The position numbers and the translations under genes are program-made. The notes beneath the pieces were generated by a model. That model saw nothing but the letters and a program-made list of their open reading frames with translations. It did not search any database and was not told where the DNA came from. A stretch of DNA of 64,000 bases, from NCBI GenBank assembly GCA_043228905.1, contig JBHGNT010000005.1, positions 4,712,001 through 4,776,000 on the forward strand. The letters are read 5' to 3'. Of the stretch, positions 1-13,500 are shown in pieces. The DNA is from Azolla caroliniana. Lineage: Eukaryota; Plantae; Polypodiophyta. The first letter of the stretch is position 1. The number at the start of each line of letters is the position of its first letter.

Positions 1-1572
1 TGAAGAGAGTTCTTGGAGGAACCATTTTATTGTCTCAAACCTCTTTTCTCTACCAATGGCTTTTTAATATCCTATTACATCATCGTTGGATGTATTCATA
101 CCTTTCTTTTAATCTTAATAGTTCTTAGTGCTTGGGTTAGAATTGCACATTCCTGCTTAATTTATGAGCATCCCTTACATGGGGCCTATTTCCTATTTCC
201 TAATGTGAATGCCAACATGTGAGCTTGCCCAATTGGAGAGCCAAGGAGCTTCCACTTTGTAACCTATGTAACCACACACCCCTTCACATCATGTATATGA
301 TTGATGGCTTCATATCCTCATTGCCGCTTATTGTTCTAATAATGTACACATAATTTCGGTTTATCTAAATGTCTACATTCTACATCACTTTGCTTGATGT
401 ATTGTAGGGTCAACACTTATCATATGTGGGAGTACGTTATTGGCCATTGAAATTTGAGGGAGAATGTATTCACATATCGTGTTTCTTTGTGTTTTTTACT
501 TGTTCAAATGTGCTAACTTTAGTGTTCTCCTTACCTAGAATGTGCATGTAAACAAGTACCTTGAGAAATATGAGTAATATGAACCCAAACAAAATAACAT
601 GTTGTACCCATTGAAGTGGTGGATCATCATCTTTAGCTATAAAATGTTGTCAATGGAACTTGTAAAAGAGCAAGATTTAAGATATGTGACCAAGTCTACT
701 TGCCCCACTAACATGTGAACATCACTTGAATGCATTAACTTCAATTCATGTCACAATTTCATCATAAATGAAGAGAATGAGTAAAATTATATAAAGAAAG
801 CCTAGAGGGATTAGGAAGAAATCTCTTTATCATTACTTGAAACAAAGGAAATTTCATAAGTCCCTCCCACATTTCTACATAGAGGCGAAAGTGGGAGGAA
901 ATGAAGAAATGAAAAACAAAACAAAACAAAATGGAAACATAACAAAGACAAATGTTAGCAAATAGCCCATTATTAAAGAATTATTGTGTTTGAAGAGATA
1001 ATGAAATAATAGTAGATTCCAATTCAAACCTATGGTATAGATTGTCTTTCTAACAATACAAAATACTATTCTATTGCCATGTATGTAAATCATGGCATTT
1101 GGAAATGCGCAGACAAGTTTTTCTATCCCTTTTATATTCTCCTATTATAACATTGGCAATTTCGTCTGGTTTACATATTTTTGTGGCTCTTATTAATATG
1201 CAATCAGTGGCTAAGGAAGCCATGGAGATATTGGTTATTTGAACCTAAACAAGACAATATTACATACTAATGACACCATAATGAATTTCTTGAAGATAAA
1301 TATTCATTGGTGGTGCATGCATTGTTACATAATACAATACCCTATAGGCTATCTATGTGATGGTGATATCAAGTGTTGGATGCGCGATGAAACCAATCAA
1401 GTCTTCCATTTTATTCCAAATTGTGTTTTTGGCAAAAAATAAATTCCAAACAACATATTCTTCCATTAGTTTTAAAAAGGCATACCAGCTACAAAATACA
1501 AAATAGATGGAAAGGAAGCGACAATTCTTCCCAAGACCGATTTGTGTAAGACAATGGTTAGCCATGGATCCT

Positions 1573-1849
1573 TCGTTTGATAGAATTGATTGAGCACTTC
1601 CTCAAATTTCCCATTCTCACCATATCCTGCAATCAATGCATTCCAAGAGACATGTTCTTGGACGGAAAGCCTGTTAAATACTACATGTGCCTCATCAAGT
1701 GACCCACATTTAGCATACATATGTACTAATGTATTGCCAATGAAGTACTCTCTTTCAACATCTTTTTGTACAATGTCCTTCCAAATTTCATTGCCAGCTA
1801 ATGTAGCTCTAATGCTACCACATGCTTTCAGGTAGCAAACAAGTTCCAT
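1573..1849 (-). pseudogene. PLS-class pentatricopeptide repeat (PPR) gene fragment
   Basis: ORF 1472..1903 contains LKACGSIRA...GNTLVHMYAKCGSLDEAHVVFNRLSVQEHVSWNALIAGYGENGKFEEVL, i.e. L-S-P motifs of plant PLS-PPR proteins. Only about 2.5 motifs are present and the flanks are non-PPR, so it is called a fragment. Confidence 0.75.
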
Positions 1850-3546
1850 GTTTTTGAAAATAATTGGCGTGTAGCCTTCGGCATTGTTGTTAGACACATA
1901 CACATTCTAGTTAGGATGTGTTATTTTTCTTTGGAATTGGAGGTGGATGTCATGTTCAAATTTCCTACATGTGTAGTAGCGAAAGTCGTTTAGGTTATTA
2001 TATTGCATCTTTAGGAATATTCAAGGATACTAGTGGATATTTAACATTAATTGACGCGACATGGAAAAACAGACTAAATTATAAAGCGAATATTGTATTC
2101 ATATTATAAACAAGAGACAAGATAATCCTTCAAAAAGAAGAGAAACAAAAAATCCATAAAAACATTCGAATACATGCATAATACGATGAAATAAAAAAAT
2201 CCTAATTTACTAAGAGAATTGATTTCACCACTACATGCCATGCTTGTTCGCCCTCCCTTTCAACAAACCTAAACAAAAAGCCTATGTTATAAGGGTATGT
2301 AAATGATAATAGACAATTTGTTCATAAGGATTGAAAATGAAGAAATGGAGTTCTCATTTTTCAATAATTAGGTTACCACCATCCTATTGTCGAGCATTGT
2401 GACAGAAAGGGGGTGTTGGGATATTTGCGATTGAGGACATGTTTCAAAATTATTGACTTGAATCATTAAAATTCTAAATGGCGTAGACTTAATGAAGTAG
2501 AGGCTATGATATCTTCCATTTCTAATACCCCATTTGTTCACTTGAAGGGAAAGGCTAGACATAGGCATCTTAAAGCTACTTTGAGAGAGAGACAAAGAGA
2601 TAAATGACCGTGAACAAGGTGAGTAGGTAAATATAAATGACAAGAGCAAGTATAACATAGGACTATAAGAGAGAAGAAGAGTTACTAATGCAGAAAAATT
2701 CGGAAGTGTAGAATATTATCCATGTCCGCAAAGATAACAACGCAAGCAATAAGTAGAAAGGAAAGCTGTTTTAAGATTCTGACTTTACTTTTTGGTTTGA
2801 ATTATATCATTGTTAAAACTAGTTTGCTTTTTTATGTCTTCAATAACAAGGTGGCCAAATATGCTTTTTGCTAAAGCTGATATTGATAAACAAAGAAAAA
2901 TGTGCACCTCTAACAAAGTAAGGCAATACATGTGAAGAAATCTATGATCAACAAGCATATAGAAATGAAATGAACTAAAATCCCCTGAACACAAAGCTTG
3001 CACATTAACTCTAATTATGTAGCACATACAGGTTCAGATACTACCTACACACTATTTTATTTGACACAAGATTATGTCACAAACAACTTTAACATCAAAC
3101 CAAATGGTACAAGAACATCACTCTCTGAAAACAATATTGACCCTCACACATGTAACACTTGTTCAAACAAGCAGCAAGGCCACTTAACTAAATTAAGCTG
3201 AAATTTATGTAAGGCTGTGTACATGATCAATCCCCAAAAGGCTCAAATAATGTTATACGATTAATTATTATAATTTATTGTTATACATACAATGAAGGTC
3301 AAGAATTAGATACTGAATATATGAAATGGTTTAACTAACCTTTCCAAAAGGCATAAAGGGCATAAAGATATGTACATTTCCATGACCAATTAATTAATCA
3401 ATTTATGTGTGTGTGTATATAATATAGTACAATGAGGTAAATGATTATGTTATAAAACCCCTTCAAATCCACACAAAAGGGTACCTATACACACCCATGA
3501 CTTAAGTGTGTCAAAAAAAATGAAACCAGAAAAAGAGGAGACCAGA

Positions 3547-4101
3547 CTATCTGGTGGCCAAGAGCCAGAATGCCAGTAAAAATGAAGGGGCGCCCATGGT
3601 CCAGCTCAGGAAAGCCATGGCTGCAGCTGCCTCATATTTCCCACAGTAATTACCTCTGCATTGATCCAAATCATTATCGATGAGCACTGTTATCCCCGCC
3701 GTTGCGCATGCACCCGCAAAAGTTATTGTTGATATGATCTAGTCACAAAAACAATATATGTATACCTTGCCTAAATAATAAATAAATAACAAATAATGCC
3801 ACAAAAGTTTCTTTTACCCCATCACCCATTACAAAAATGCTGACCAAACACGAATTATGTAGACATCTCTTCACTAACAAGGCATAGATATCAATAGCTG
3901 CAGCCATCAAGCTCCAAATAGATTGCAATGCACTCACGGCAATAAGGTAGCTGCAAATCACATTTGCTTTTATTTTTGAACATTGACAAAAACATGCCAA
4001 ACATCAAATTTCACTACTTGCACTAGTTTACTAGATGACATTGTAAAATATTTGGATTTGAACACATAACCTTCTCCACTCAATTGAAGAACTTTACCAT
4101 C

Positions 4102-4161
<60 letters not shown>

Positions 4162-5899
4162 AGTTGATGAGATCACGGAATTTATTGCTCGTAAGGGAGG
4201 CAAGGGAGTAGCTATTGGGGATACGCAAGTTAGCCTCTTACTTTACATAGACGACATTGTCTTGTTCTCAGAGTCAGAACACGACCTACAAAAGCATCTT
4301 AATGCCCTAGATGACTTTTGTACACAACAAGGACTGGTAATGAATCTATCGAAAACTAAAGTCCTTATCTTTCATTCATTGTCCATAGTTAGGAGTAAAT
4401 GTCACCTAACCCTCTCTCATAAACTAGTTGAGGTAGTTGGATCATATGTATACTTGGGAGTCACTTTTAGTGCTCGCTCAAGTAAATTCTCGATGACCCA
4501 GGCAGCCAAAGATAGGCTAATGAGAGGGTATGGATCCCTCTCACTCTTAGAGAGAATGCCACCAGGCATACTTTCAAGAGCCACGAACCAAGGGATGGCT
4601 CTTCGACTCATTAGTGACCCCTTCCCTCATGTATGCATCAGTATTATGGGCTCCGGATCTACCATCTTTCATGTGGACGCAATTAGAGAGACCTTTGGTG
4701 ACGATGTTATCACGTCAACTCCGAAGCAAATCGGTAGTACCACATCACATTATAAGAGCAGAGTTCAATCTACCCCTGATGTTAGTAGAATCACTCTAAG
4801 TTAGGTTTTATTACACGACCAAGATATCTAGATACATTCTTATCAAATGCACTAAGGGCATAGATATTAATAACCTACCCCCCCTTAAGTACAACCATGG
4901 GACTGATCAAACTCTCTCTCATGAAGAAATATGGCAAATTTACACTTGATATAAATGGATCACCCCACGAGAGCCACTCCCATCTAAAATGTTGTACTAT
5001 AAGGAACATTTCTTGCACTTCTCTAAGTTAGGTTTTATTACACGACCAAGATATCTAGATACATTCTTATCAAATGCACTAAGGGTGGCCATTGGACAAC
5101 TTAGGATATCATCTCACCAACTTGAGATTGAGAATGATCGAGCTAATAGAGTCCCTAAAGAGGAAAGGCTATGTAGGTTATGCCACATAGAGATAGAGGA
5201 TGAGCATCACTTCACATGCAAGTGCCCAACTTATGCCGAGATATGGGCAGAATACCAAGACATATTAGGACCCTCTCCTACCCTCTCCAAACTATTAGAT
5301 ACCCCGAGTGTAAAGAGACTAGGTAGGTATATTTTAGAGCTAAAACAACATAGGGAGAATAAATTACAAAGTGTTAACCATAACCCTTTTACTATTCATC
5401 AACATGTAACTAGTGTAAATTTTTAGGAACAAGGGGAGACGATGTATGTAGATACACTTATGCCGCTCAGCCTCTCTCTTGAGGAAGTAGAAATGCAAAG
5501 AACAACTAAACACACTCGGATGTTGGGCTCTAAAACAAGTCGGCATGGAATAGAAAAGATAAGGGAACGTGAGCTACGTCGACTAGAAGCTATGGTTGGG
5601 GTACCTTTTACATTGACATCACAGGCCACATCCACATCGCAACCCTTTGACCTCCTACTTCTCTTCGAGAGACTTGGATGGAAATGAAATTAGGCCTAGT
5701 ATAACATTTTCATTGTAGAACATGATTTTTATATAGAACATGTTTATTATTTTACTAGAACTATTTAGCTTAAACTCTATTTTGTCTTATTTTTATTTAT
5801 TTTTTACTCTCGATGAATGGGTAAATATCCCATTTTTTGTTGTAAACCATTTGTCTCATGGCCAATTTTGGCCTTAGAAGACGTTAATATATCTTTCTT

Positions 5900-5940
<41 letters not shown>

Positions 5941-7418
5941 ATGCACACTTTCAATTACAACATTTTATCACCAAAATTCATGAGCCTTAAGCATCACTAC
6001 TCAATTGCACACATATTCTGTGACAATCTTACATTTTTGGACCCATAGGGTATAGTTGATGTCCAAGGACCATAAATCCCTCTCTCATCAGCTACACATA
6101 TTTTGTGCCAAACAAGTTAGTGAGTATGAATATCATACTCTATTACAGCACTCAACCTTTGCCCAGCTTTGATCTTGCTTTACCACATTGTAGTTCTGAC
6201 CTATCCCTACATGCATTTCTCCCTCGGTCACAAGAAGCACTCCCAATTAGAATGTTCATTAGTAAAATTGTTCAACAGGCATAGTCACTAACAAAACCCA
6301 TACAAGCTACATGAACATGGTTTGCTTTGGATCCATAAGTCATACTTGACCTCTGAGGACTATATAAATAGATATAAGTCTATAACCATCCTCGCAAGCT
6401 TAAGAGTTTTATACTATATTGTTAATTAAATTGTCTTTGGTGCAGATATCCCCCAGTTGAATGCAAGGAGTCAATACTATTCATGGATCGATATTCTTCA
6501 ATACAAATGCACAATACAAATCTGTTGAGAAATATCTTCGATGGATTTCTCTTATCCAGATTTCCAAAACAAAGAGAAGCAACAAGTTACTTCTTAATGC
6601 ATTCAAACAAATTTGTTTGCATCCCATACTAATTTTTGTCTTATGTGGAAAAATTAAGAAGAATCGCATTGTTTCATATCTACACGCTGCTTAAATTGTT
6701 GAGTTGTTTTAACATGTACACTCTCCGAGAGAGAGAGAGTTCTATCGTCCAAGAGAATGGAAAATAAAACATCTCTTAAACAACGAAGATTTTCCCCATA
6801 TGAACAGATTACAAATTTGCAACTGATTTTGTGACCTGAATATGTCATTGGAAGGGGGGAATACATGGGAAATGTTTTTAGAAAATTGTTGAAAAACATT
6901 AACTTCGATTATAAATTATGGATATATATATATATATATAATAAAAGTGCACATACATACTAACAAACATAAATATAAATGTGGCTATACATACACACAA
7001 ATAGTAAAAGACGTGAACTATATACATTTACATACGTACATATACATAGCACACATGCAGCACGTAGAAATACACACACACACACATATATATATACTGA
7101 CTTATACAGATACACCCATCCACCGCATCCACATACACATATATAGCCAGTGGCATATGGAAACACTTTAAGGAAAGGAAAAACACAAGGCAGTGCAAAA
7201 GAGAAGACTAACCTGAAAGCAGTGACTTGTCCAAAGTCAGGGGTGGAGATCATGATACTGAAAGCAAGAACAGCAAATCCTAACTGTCCAAGACGAAGGG
7301 AGAGACCCCCCAGGGTTCCAGGCATACCCTGATAATCCTTCATCCTTACCCTTGCAGGGGGTTGTAACAGCGCAGGGGGAGCTGCCACGGGATGAACAGC
7401 TGTGTGGCTTACTTCCAT
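3547..7418 (-). CDS. CASPL5: CASP-like protein, CASPL5 group (4-TM MARVEL-like), 176 aa, 3 coding exons
   Basis: Exons 7418-7213, 3950-3818 and 3738-3547 have GT/AG boundaries and join in frame (531 nt). Translation: [11 protein letters not shown]...[23 protein letters not shown]...[22 protein letters not shown]...[30 protein letters not shown]...[15 protein letters not shown]...FWLLATR*. The GMPGT, TAF and AMAFLSW motifs are typical of CASPL5. Confidence 0.93.
4106..4154. repeat. (CT)n microsatellite at the 5' junction of the LINE insertion
   Basis: Uninterrupted CT dinucleotide run seen directly. Confidence 0.95.
4163..5900 (+). mobile_element. 5'-truncated non-LTR retrotransposon (RTEX-like LINE ORF2 C-terminal half plus 3' UTR) inside CASPL intron 1
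   Basis: RT motif [29 protein letters not shown]...KTKVLIF...YVYLGVTF and a C-terminal [10 protein letters not shown]...[23 protein letters not shown] Cys/His motif. Frameshifts are present, and it ends in a (TCTT)n/(CT)n tail. The clade assignment is inferred from the C-terminal motif. Confidence 0.88.
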
Positions 7419-7430
7419 GGTGAGAAAACC

Positions 7431-7584
7431 CTGAATGAAAAGAAAGACACAATTTCCTTCACCTTTCTGTAATACATTAATACAGCTTTAGGTCGTTTGC
7501 AAATGCGCACGCGCGCACGCAAAAACCCTAAATAGTTGATTCAGAACACAGTTTCTGTGCGAGTGCGTGCGGGTATGTATGTAC
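7431..7584 (-). other. Probable 5'-UTR intron of the CASPL gene
   Basis: A pyrimidine-rich acceptor (tctttcttttcattcag) lies 12 nt upstream of the ATG, with a candidate donor GTACAT at 7584 on the minus strand. The donor position is less certain. Confidence 0.5.
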
Positions 7585-8454
7585 GTCGATCGACTAAAAT
7601 CCGAGGTTTTTAGGTTTCTGTTGGATATGGCGATTTTGTGCAGACAGACAGACAGACAGACAGAGAAGCAGCGCTCTGTTTTGTTTTTCCCTCTGCTTTT
7701 CGTCGTAAGAGGAAAATCTCTGAGCGAAGATTAGAAGAAGAAATGCTCCTTGTGTTTGAAGAATTACGAAAATAGCCTCCGCTTTCCCTTCTTTTTGTTT
7801 TTTGTTCCATATGTATTGAAAAAAAAAACCATTTTGCTTGTTGGCCAATTCTATATAGAAGTATTCATATGTTACATAGAACCCACCCCAAACATCTAAG
7901 TTAGTTTTTATTGCTTTTTCTTCTTCTTCTTCTTGACTAGTTTCTACTACCGACCCTATTGCCAAGATTCCATTTCCTTGGAATCCCTGATATATATTGA
8001 TACTTTCATTTTTTGCCGAATGATGGTCTATATACAATGGTCTACATACTTGTAGCAGATTTTGGGAAACAAGGCCTCCTTTTTGGCGAAATGATGTTGC
8101 AACCTCAAGTCTCAGTTTGAAGCGATTGGAGTGGCAAAATCTTCTACAAGTACGTGGACCATCGTGTGAAATTTGGATGGCTAGACTTACAACTTCTACA
8201 TGTATGCGGACAATCATATGGATGGTTAGACTTACCAATCTCGACCCTTACAATGGTTGATGTCATAGTATCAAAACTACTACTAGAAAAGACAACTAAT
8301 AGATTGCATACATAACTAACCCTTTTAGGTTTTATTCAAAAAGGATCATATTTTATATATTCACATTCATGCCCCAAAATGCTCTTCGCCCTTAGAATAT
8401 CTTCAAATTCCCCATGCTTATTACAAAAACTCCATGATACCAGTCTATGGTATC

Positions 8455-9096
8455 TAGGGATCGGCAACGGTTCGGCTCAAGCCTAAACCGTGTAGCTAAA
8501 CAAGTTTTTAATGACTTTGAGGCTCAGCTTAGCTCGGTTTAGGCTTGAGCCTACCTAAACGGTTTGAGCTCAGTTTGGCTCAGCTTGAGCCTTGCCAAAC
8601 CAGCTCAAACTGTTTTAGCCATTTAATAATTAGGGTTTAGAGAGCTAGAAATTAGACAGTGAGAAGTTTGAAGTTAGAATTTGCAAAAGGATTAGATCAT
8701 CGAGAGTGAGAGATCGTCATAGCCTCGGGCCTTGTGGTTCAAGTGGTGGGAGGCAAGGGATTCGTGGATGTCAACCGACCAATTGTAGTAGTCTATGAAG
8801 AGGGAGTTGTGGAGGCGAGACTTGGAGTTGAATTCAGACTCATCATGGTAAGGCCAAGGGGGTGGGAGATACAAGGAGGAGAAAAGAGTAGGAGGAAGTG
8901 GGAGTGGTAGTGGTAGTGGTGTTTTTGGGGTTTCTTCACACCCCTAATTTAAGCTTTTTTGTCCCAAATCGGTTTAGGGATCGGTTTGGCTTGGTTTGGT
9001 TCAGGTTTGAGAACCCCAAAACGGTTTAGGCTTAATCGGTTTGGATTGGATAAGGCCAATTTGGTTTAGCCTAAACCAAACCATTGTCGATTCCTA
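8455..9096. mobile_element. Non-autonomous hAT-type DNA transposon (642 bp)
   Basis: 8-bp TSD ATGGTATC at 8447-8454 and 9097-9104. Imperfect TIR: TAGGGATCGGCAACGGTTCGG versus the reverse complement of the right end, TAGGAATCGACAATGGTTTGG. Subterminal AAACC/GGTTT and GCTCA repeats, no transposase ORF. Confidence 0.88.
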
Positions 9097-9309
9097 ATGG
9101 TATCATGGTTCTTATAGTTTTTTGTGAATCCGCATGTAAAGGTTCTTTAACAGGCATAAACACGAAAAATCGTGTTGGTGGTTATTTCCCCATTCTTCCT
9201 TTCTATTTATTATGTTTCCATCCAACAAGAGTTGAACACATGAATTCACTAACTAAAACAAGGGTGAAACTAATATCATGAAAAGGAAATTGTTGGAGAA
9301 TTATGGTTT

Positions 9310-9438
9310 CTTGCCACTGCTTTGGTTCATATGTATGTTACCTGTGGTATGCTTGAGAAAGCAAGAAAAGTACTAGAATACCTTCATCTTCGATATGTGT
9401 TTGCTTGATCAGCCCTTATTGTTGGCTATGCTCAACAA
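9310..9438 (+). pseudogene. Short PLS-PPR fragment with in-frame stop
   Basis: Translates LATALVHMYVTCGMLEKARKVLEYLHLRYVFA*SALIVGYAQQ. The conserved Trp codon has become TGA. Confidence 0.75.
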
Positions 9439-10096
9439 ATTTGCTCTGATCAGAGTACAAGGGAATTGGTTGGTATATTTGTTTATCCAACACGACTTTT
9501 GTATTTCTTATGGTTTCATAATACCAAGGCGTGTCTTTTTAGGGGAAAAAAAAACAAGGGTGAAACTAATATCACTATGCACAAGCTAGATGTCAAGGAA
9601 AACTTTTTCTTTACTAGTTTGCTCTACACTAGATGGCAAGGGTCAAATCCCTTGGGAGCTCTGTAGTCTGTAGAAGTGATGTTTCTTTTGTTCTAGAAAG
9701 TTTTATCAAAGTAGGCATCTCCATTTCGGACTTTTAAAACAATAAGCTTTTATTATTGAGAAACTAATGCATTGTGTTTCATAAATTCCTTATTTTACTA
9801 GTTTTTGTGCCAAGACAGATGACGAAAGCCAAGTTTCATTATCTTGTGGTTTGTCTTACAAAGTTTAGAGATATCAAAGACAAACTTTGTTTATCGTTAA
9901 AGACAATTGTCAAGGATTTTTTCATTAGCTACGTAGTTTTTTACCTCTAGTTAGCAAGGTTCAAATCCCATGGACTAATCTTTGCAAAGACATGTTTTTT
10001 TGAGAGAATGATAAAATAATCCTAGCCTTTAAAAATACTAAAAGAATAGGTCCCTTTTTCATTTTCAAACTAGATTGCTTATATGAAGAGCCATAT

Positions 10097-10539
10097 TGTT
10101 AGAGCTTAATCCTAATGTAAGCATAAGATAAGGAAATATAATATAGTTATATAGAGAAGACAAAGAAAGAAGGGTGTTGATCCACCCAACCACCCCTAGG
10201 CCCTAACTAAAGAGATCAAACGGACTCGAGCCTCGATCAGCGTCCCATACCACCACCGTGGTATTGAGTCGTACCTGGTACTAGGGCCCTTGCTACAAGG
10301 GTTGATCGCTACAAGATCAGAGTCTCGACATAGTCAATAGTGTCTCAAATGAGGGTAGTTATGCCTCATATTTATAGCCAAACCTAAGGGCCCCATGCCT
10401 TAATGGGTTGTCTCAATCCCTAGGATTAAAAGTAATATTCCCTTCTTTACACTCTCGGTTAACCCTCATAAGTTATCCTCATGTGTAGAATATTACGGTA
10501 CAACTTACCACGTGACTTTATATGGTCATGCCCGTAACA
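10097..10539 (-). mobile_element. Solo LTR (443 bp)
   Basis: Inverted termini TGTTA...TAACA are flanked by the 5-bp TSD CATAT (10092-10096 and 10540-10544). A TATA-like CTATAAATA on the minus strand near 10370-10378 suggests the orientation. Confidence 0.8.
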
Positions 10540-13500
10540 CATATTGACACGCTCGACCCCAAGGTTCACAAATTTAAATGCATAGCTCAACGTTTAAGAA
10601 AAATTCCTTTAGTAATTAGGCAAGTTCTTGTTTGTACCCAAACAAGGAAACTTATAACGAAAGTTCCATTAAGACTAGGAGAGAAGATACATTTCTTGGA
10701 GGAATTGATAGAAGTGGGCCCGCTTTTTTTTACAAACATTGCCTTTTCTATTATGAGATTACATGTATGGCTAAGTTAACCAAAGTATTTTGGAAGTAGT
10801 TTCTAAACTATCTATGATCCATCAAGGAGAGGAAAATCAAATCTCTTTACTGACATATTCAACATATGATATTGCTTTTCTTTGAGTGGAATTGCACACA
10901 CATACAAAGTCAAGGTTTCCCCAAAGGTGGCGTTAAATGTTTCCTTTACATGCACTAACAGAGAAACTCGCATTGCATGGACATATAATGTAGAGGGGAT
11001 TTGCCCTTTTTTCAACTGTATAAAAGTATATCAATGTTGAAAAAATAATTATGGTTTTATTTATTAGGAAATTATATGGTTAAGTATCTATTTTCTCTTT
11101 TGTTACCTAATTAGCCAAGCCTTAATTTCTTGGCAAGACAATGAGGAAACATTTTTTTAAGAAAAACAATAAAAATAGGCCTTTACATATAAAATATATT
11201 GAAGAAATGGGCTTCTTTTTACTATACAACTATAAGTCTAAACAAAACAGACAATTCCCCCAATGTTCAGGAAACATTTTTACATCGTTCGAACAAAAAG
11301 GAGTAGCTCCATGGAGGAGTGAGAAAAGTATATTCTTCGGTGAGAGGAGGCCTCCAAAGATTTATGTTCATGTTGAGGTAGGGTTGGGAGATTAAACTGC
11401 TTCGAGGATACACTAAAGAATTCCAATAGATAGAGATGAATACTAGCATTGTTAACAAGATATAAAGGTAATATCTATAAACTTTTTAATCCTCAAGTGC
11501 GAAAGAGATATAGTTCTAATTTAGTTAAATGAACAAAGAAATATATAAGTAAAACTATAAACATATAGCAAGGTTATAACTCCCTAGAGCAAAAACTAAA
11601 TCCTCTCTCTCCCCTAATTGTTAATTATGAGCCCAAACATCATAATACATATCATCTATAACTTGATATAAACTTGAGTGAGGCAGTTTCTTATTCATTC
11701 TTTTCTCGACTATATGAGAAGTTCGGGAAAATCTCTTGTTGTTTAAGAAACAAGTCTAATATTTTGTGCATGATTATTTGTTAAAGTGCATTTAGAGCTT
11801 GTTTTAGTATTTAGTTTAAAGCTTAGTATCTTAATCCTATCTCGCCAACAAAAGATTAGACGGTGATATGCCCCCCCAAAATGACCTTGAGGTGAGTCTC
11901 GAGAATAATACCCTAGACAGATTCAAGCTTTTAGTAATGATACTAAAAGAAGTTACATGTTTTGGCATTGTTATCAGGGAATAAAACCGTAATTCAAAGA
12001 TTGAATATTCAAACCTTAGTTTAAACTCATGGTTACATTTAGGTGAAGGAGGTGAGGAAGAATAGTTAACAATAGCTCCTAGCAGTTTGGCCCACAAAAG
12101 GGTAGATGGTGATATGTATGGTGTACCCATAAAAAAGGCCCCACGATGATTCTCAAGAAGAATAGAGAAACGCAAGCCTTTAGTAAGGGTATTGAAAGAC
12201 GTGACATATTTTGGCATCGTTATCAAGGAATAGAATAATGTATAGAACCATCATTCACATCTTTACTATTTCAACCTTACATCTTTGGTTTTTTTGTTTT
12301 CGATTTCCCATCATGGTTTATATAGGCGAATCATGATTACTATATTTTATTGTTTATTTTGACTCTTTTCAATTAAGCACAAGTTTTGATTGACCGTTTT
12401 CATAATCTAAACACTTAACTATAATTCTCACCACAACTTCGATTAGTATTAATCTATAGTTGAGGATATTAACTTGTATCTCATTAACTATGGATCCTTT
12501 AAGAATCACTTACCCTTTGGGTTTTGAGTCAATATGTTTGTTTGCTTGGATGTGCATGTTGCATTTTATGAGTTTTGACACTTGTGTCTATTGGTTTGAT
12601 AAATTGAATTATGGGTGGTGTCAAATTCCTATTGATTAACAAGAAAGGCAACCAAAACTAGTGCTTGCATTTGCACCATCCTTTCGGTTGTAGTGACACT
12701 TTTCTAGACCCACCAAATGGTTGTGATGTCTTTATTAGTGCCTTTATTATTTACCTCTTTTGTAGTTTATATTAAAAAATGAGCTAGTAGAATCAAAGAA
12801 GAGAGCTTGTGTCATTGATAAAGGTTCAACGACATCTCAAGATCATGCCATAATGAAGGGGGTAGCCAATCCCCTTTATATAACTCGACAACTAAGGCCA
12901 CCAAGCCATCACCCTCAACCTATTATAATTAGAGACAACATTGGTCCATAAGGTTAAAACAATTTAGAAGTGCCTACTACTTTTGGTGGTGTGAATATGG
13001 GTGTACCAAAATTTTATTTGGATTTTTTTAAATTTTTAGCTCCTAGGGGTACCCTTTATGCTTTTTGCGGAATAGTTATATCTCCTTATGTGCTTGATTT
13101 GGCATAGCATTTGAGGAATGAGATACCACCACCAGAGATTTGTCTTTGGTTTTGGGGTATCCATTGCAAATCTTCCTATTTTAGGTTGCTAAGAGCATGG
13201 AAAGAGATCATATGAGTGCTCCATGCTATCATACACTCATTTTTTTGGCATAATGTTATCCTAGAATGCATGTTCCTTAGAATTCAACGAAGAGCATAAC
13301 ATAAACTTGAGGTGATTTATGGTTTTCCCCCATTGTGTTTGCATATTGCAAGGTACATAATAGGACTCGGTTCTATTAAATCCTATTAACTTGTTATGAT
13401 AATAAGAGTTCAAGGAGGTGTACATTGACGCAATTATAGAAAGAGAAACATTGTCATTGTTGACTAAAACAGTAGTGATCCATTAATTGATTTGTCATGG

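Noticed and set aside
1-1450. Possible very old LINE remnant and short ORFs at the window start
   Set aside because: No motif is intact enough to support a call.
7594-8238. 214-aa minus-strand ORF upstream of CASPL
   Set aside because: No recognisable domain, non-ATG start, and it runs through promoter and UTR simple repeats.
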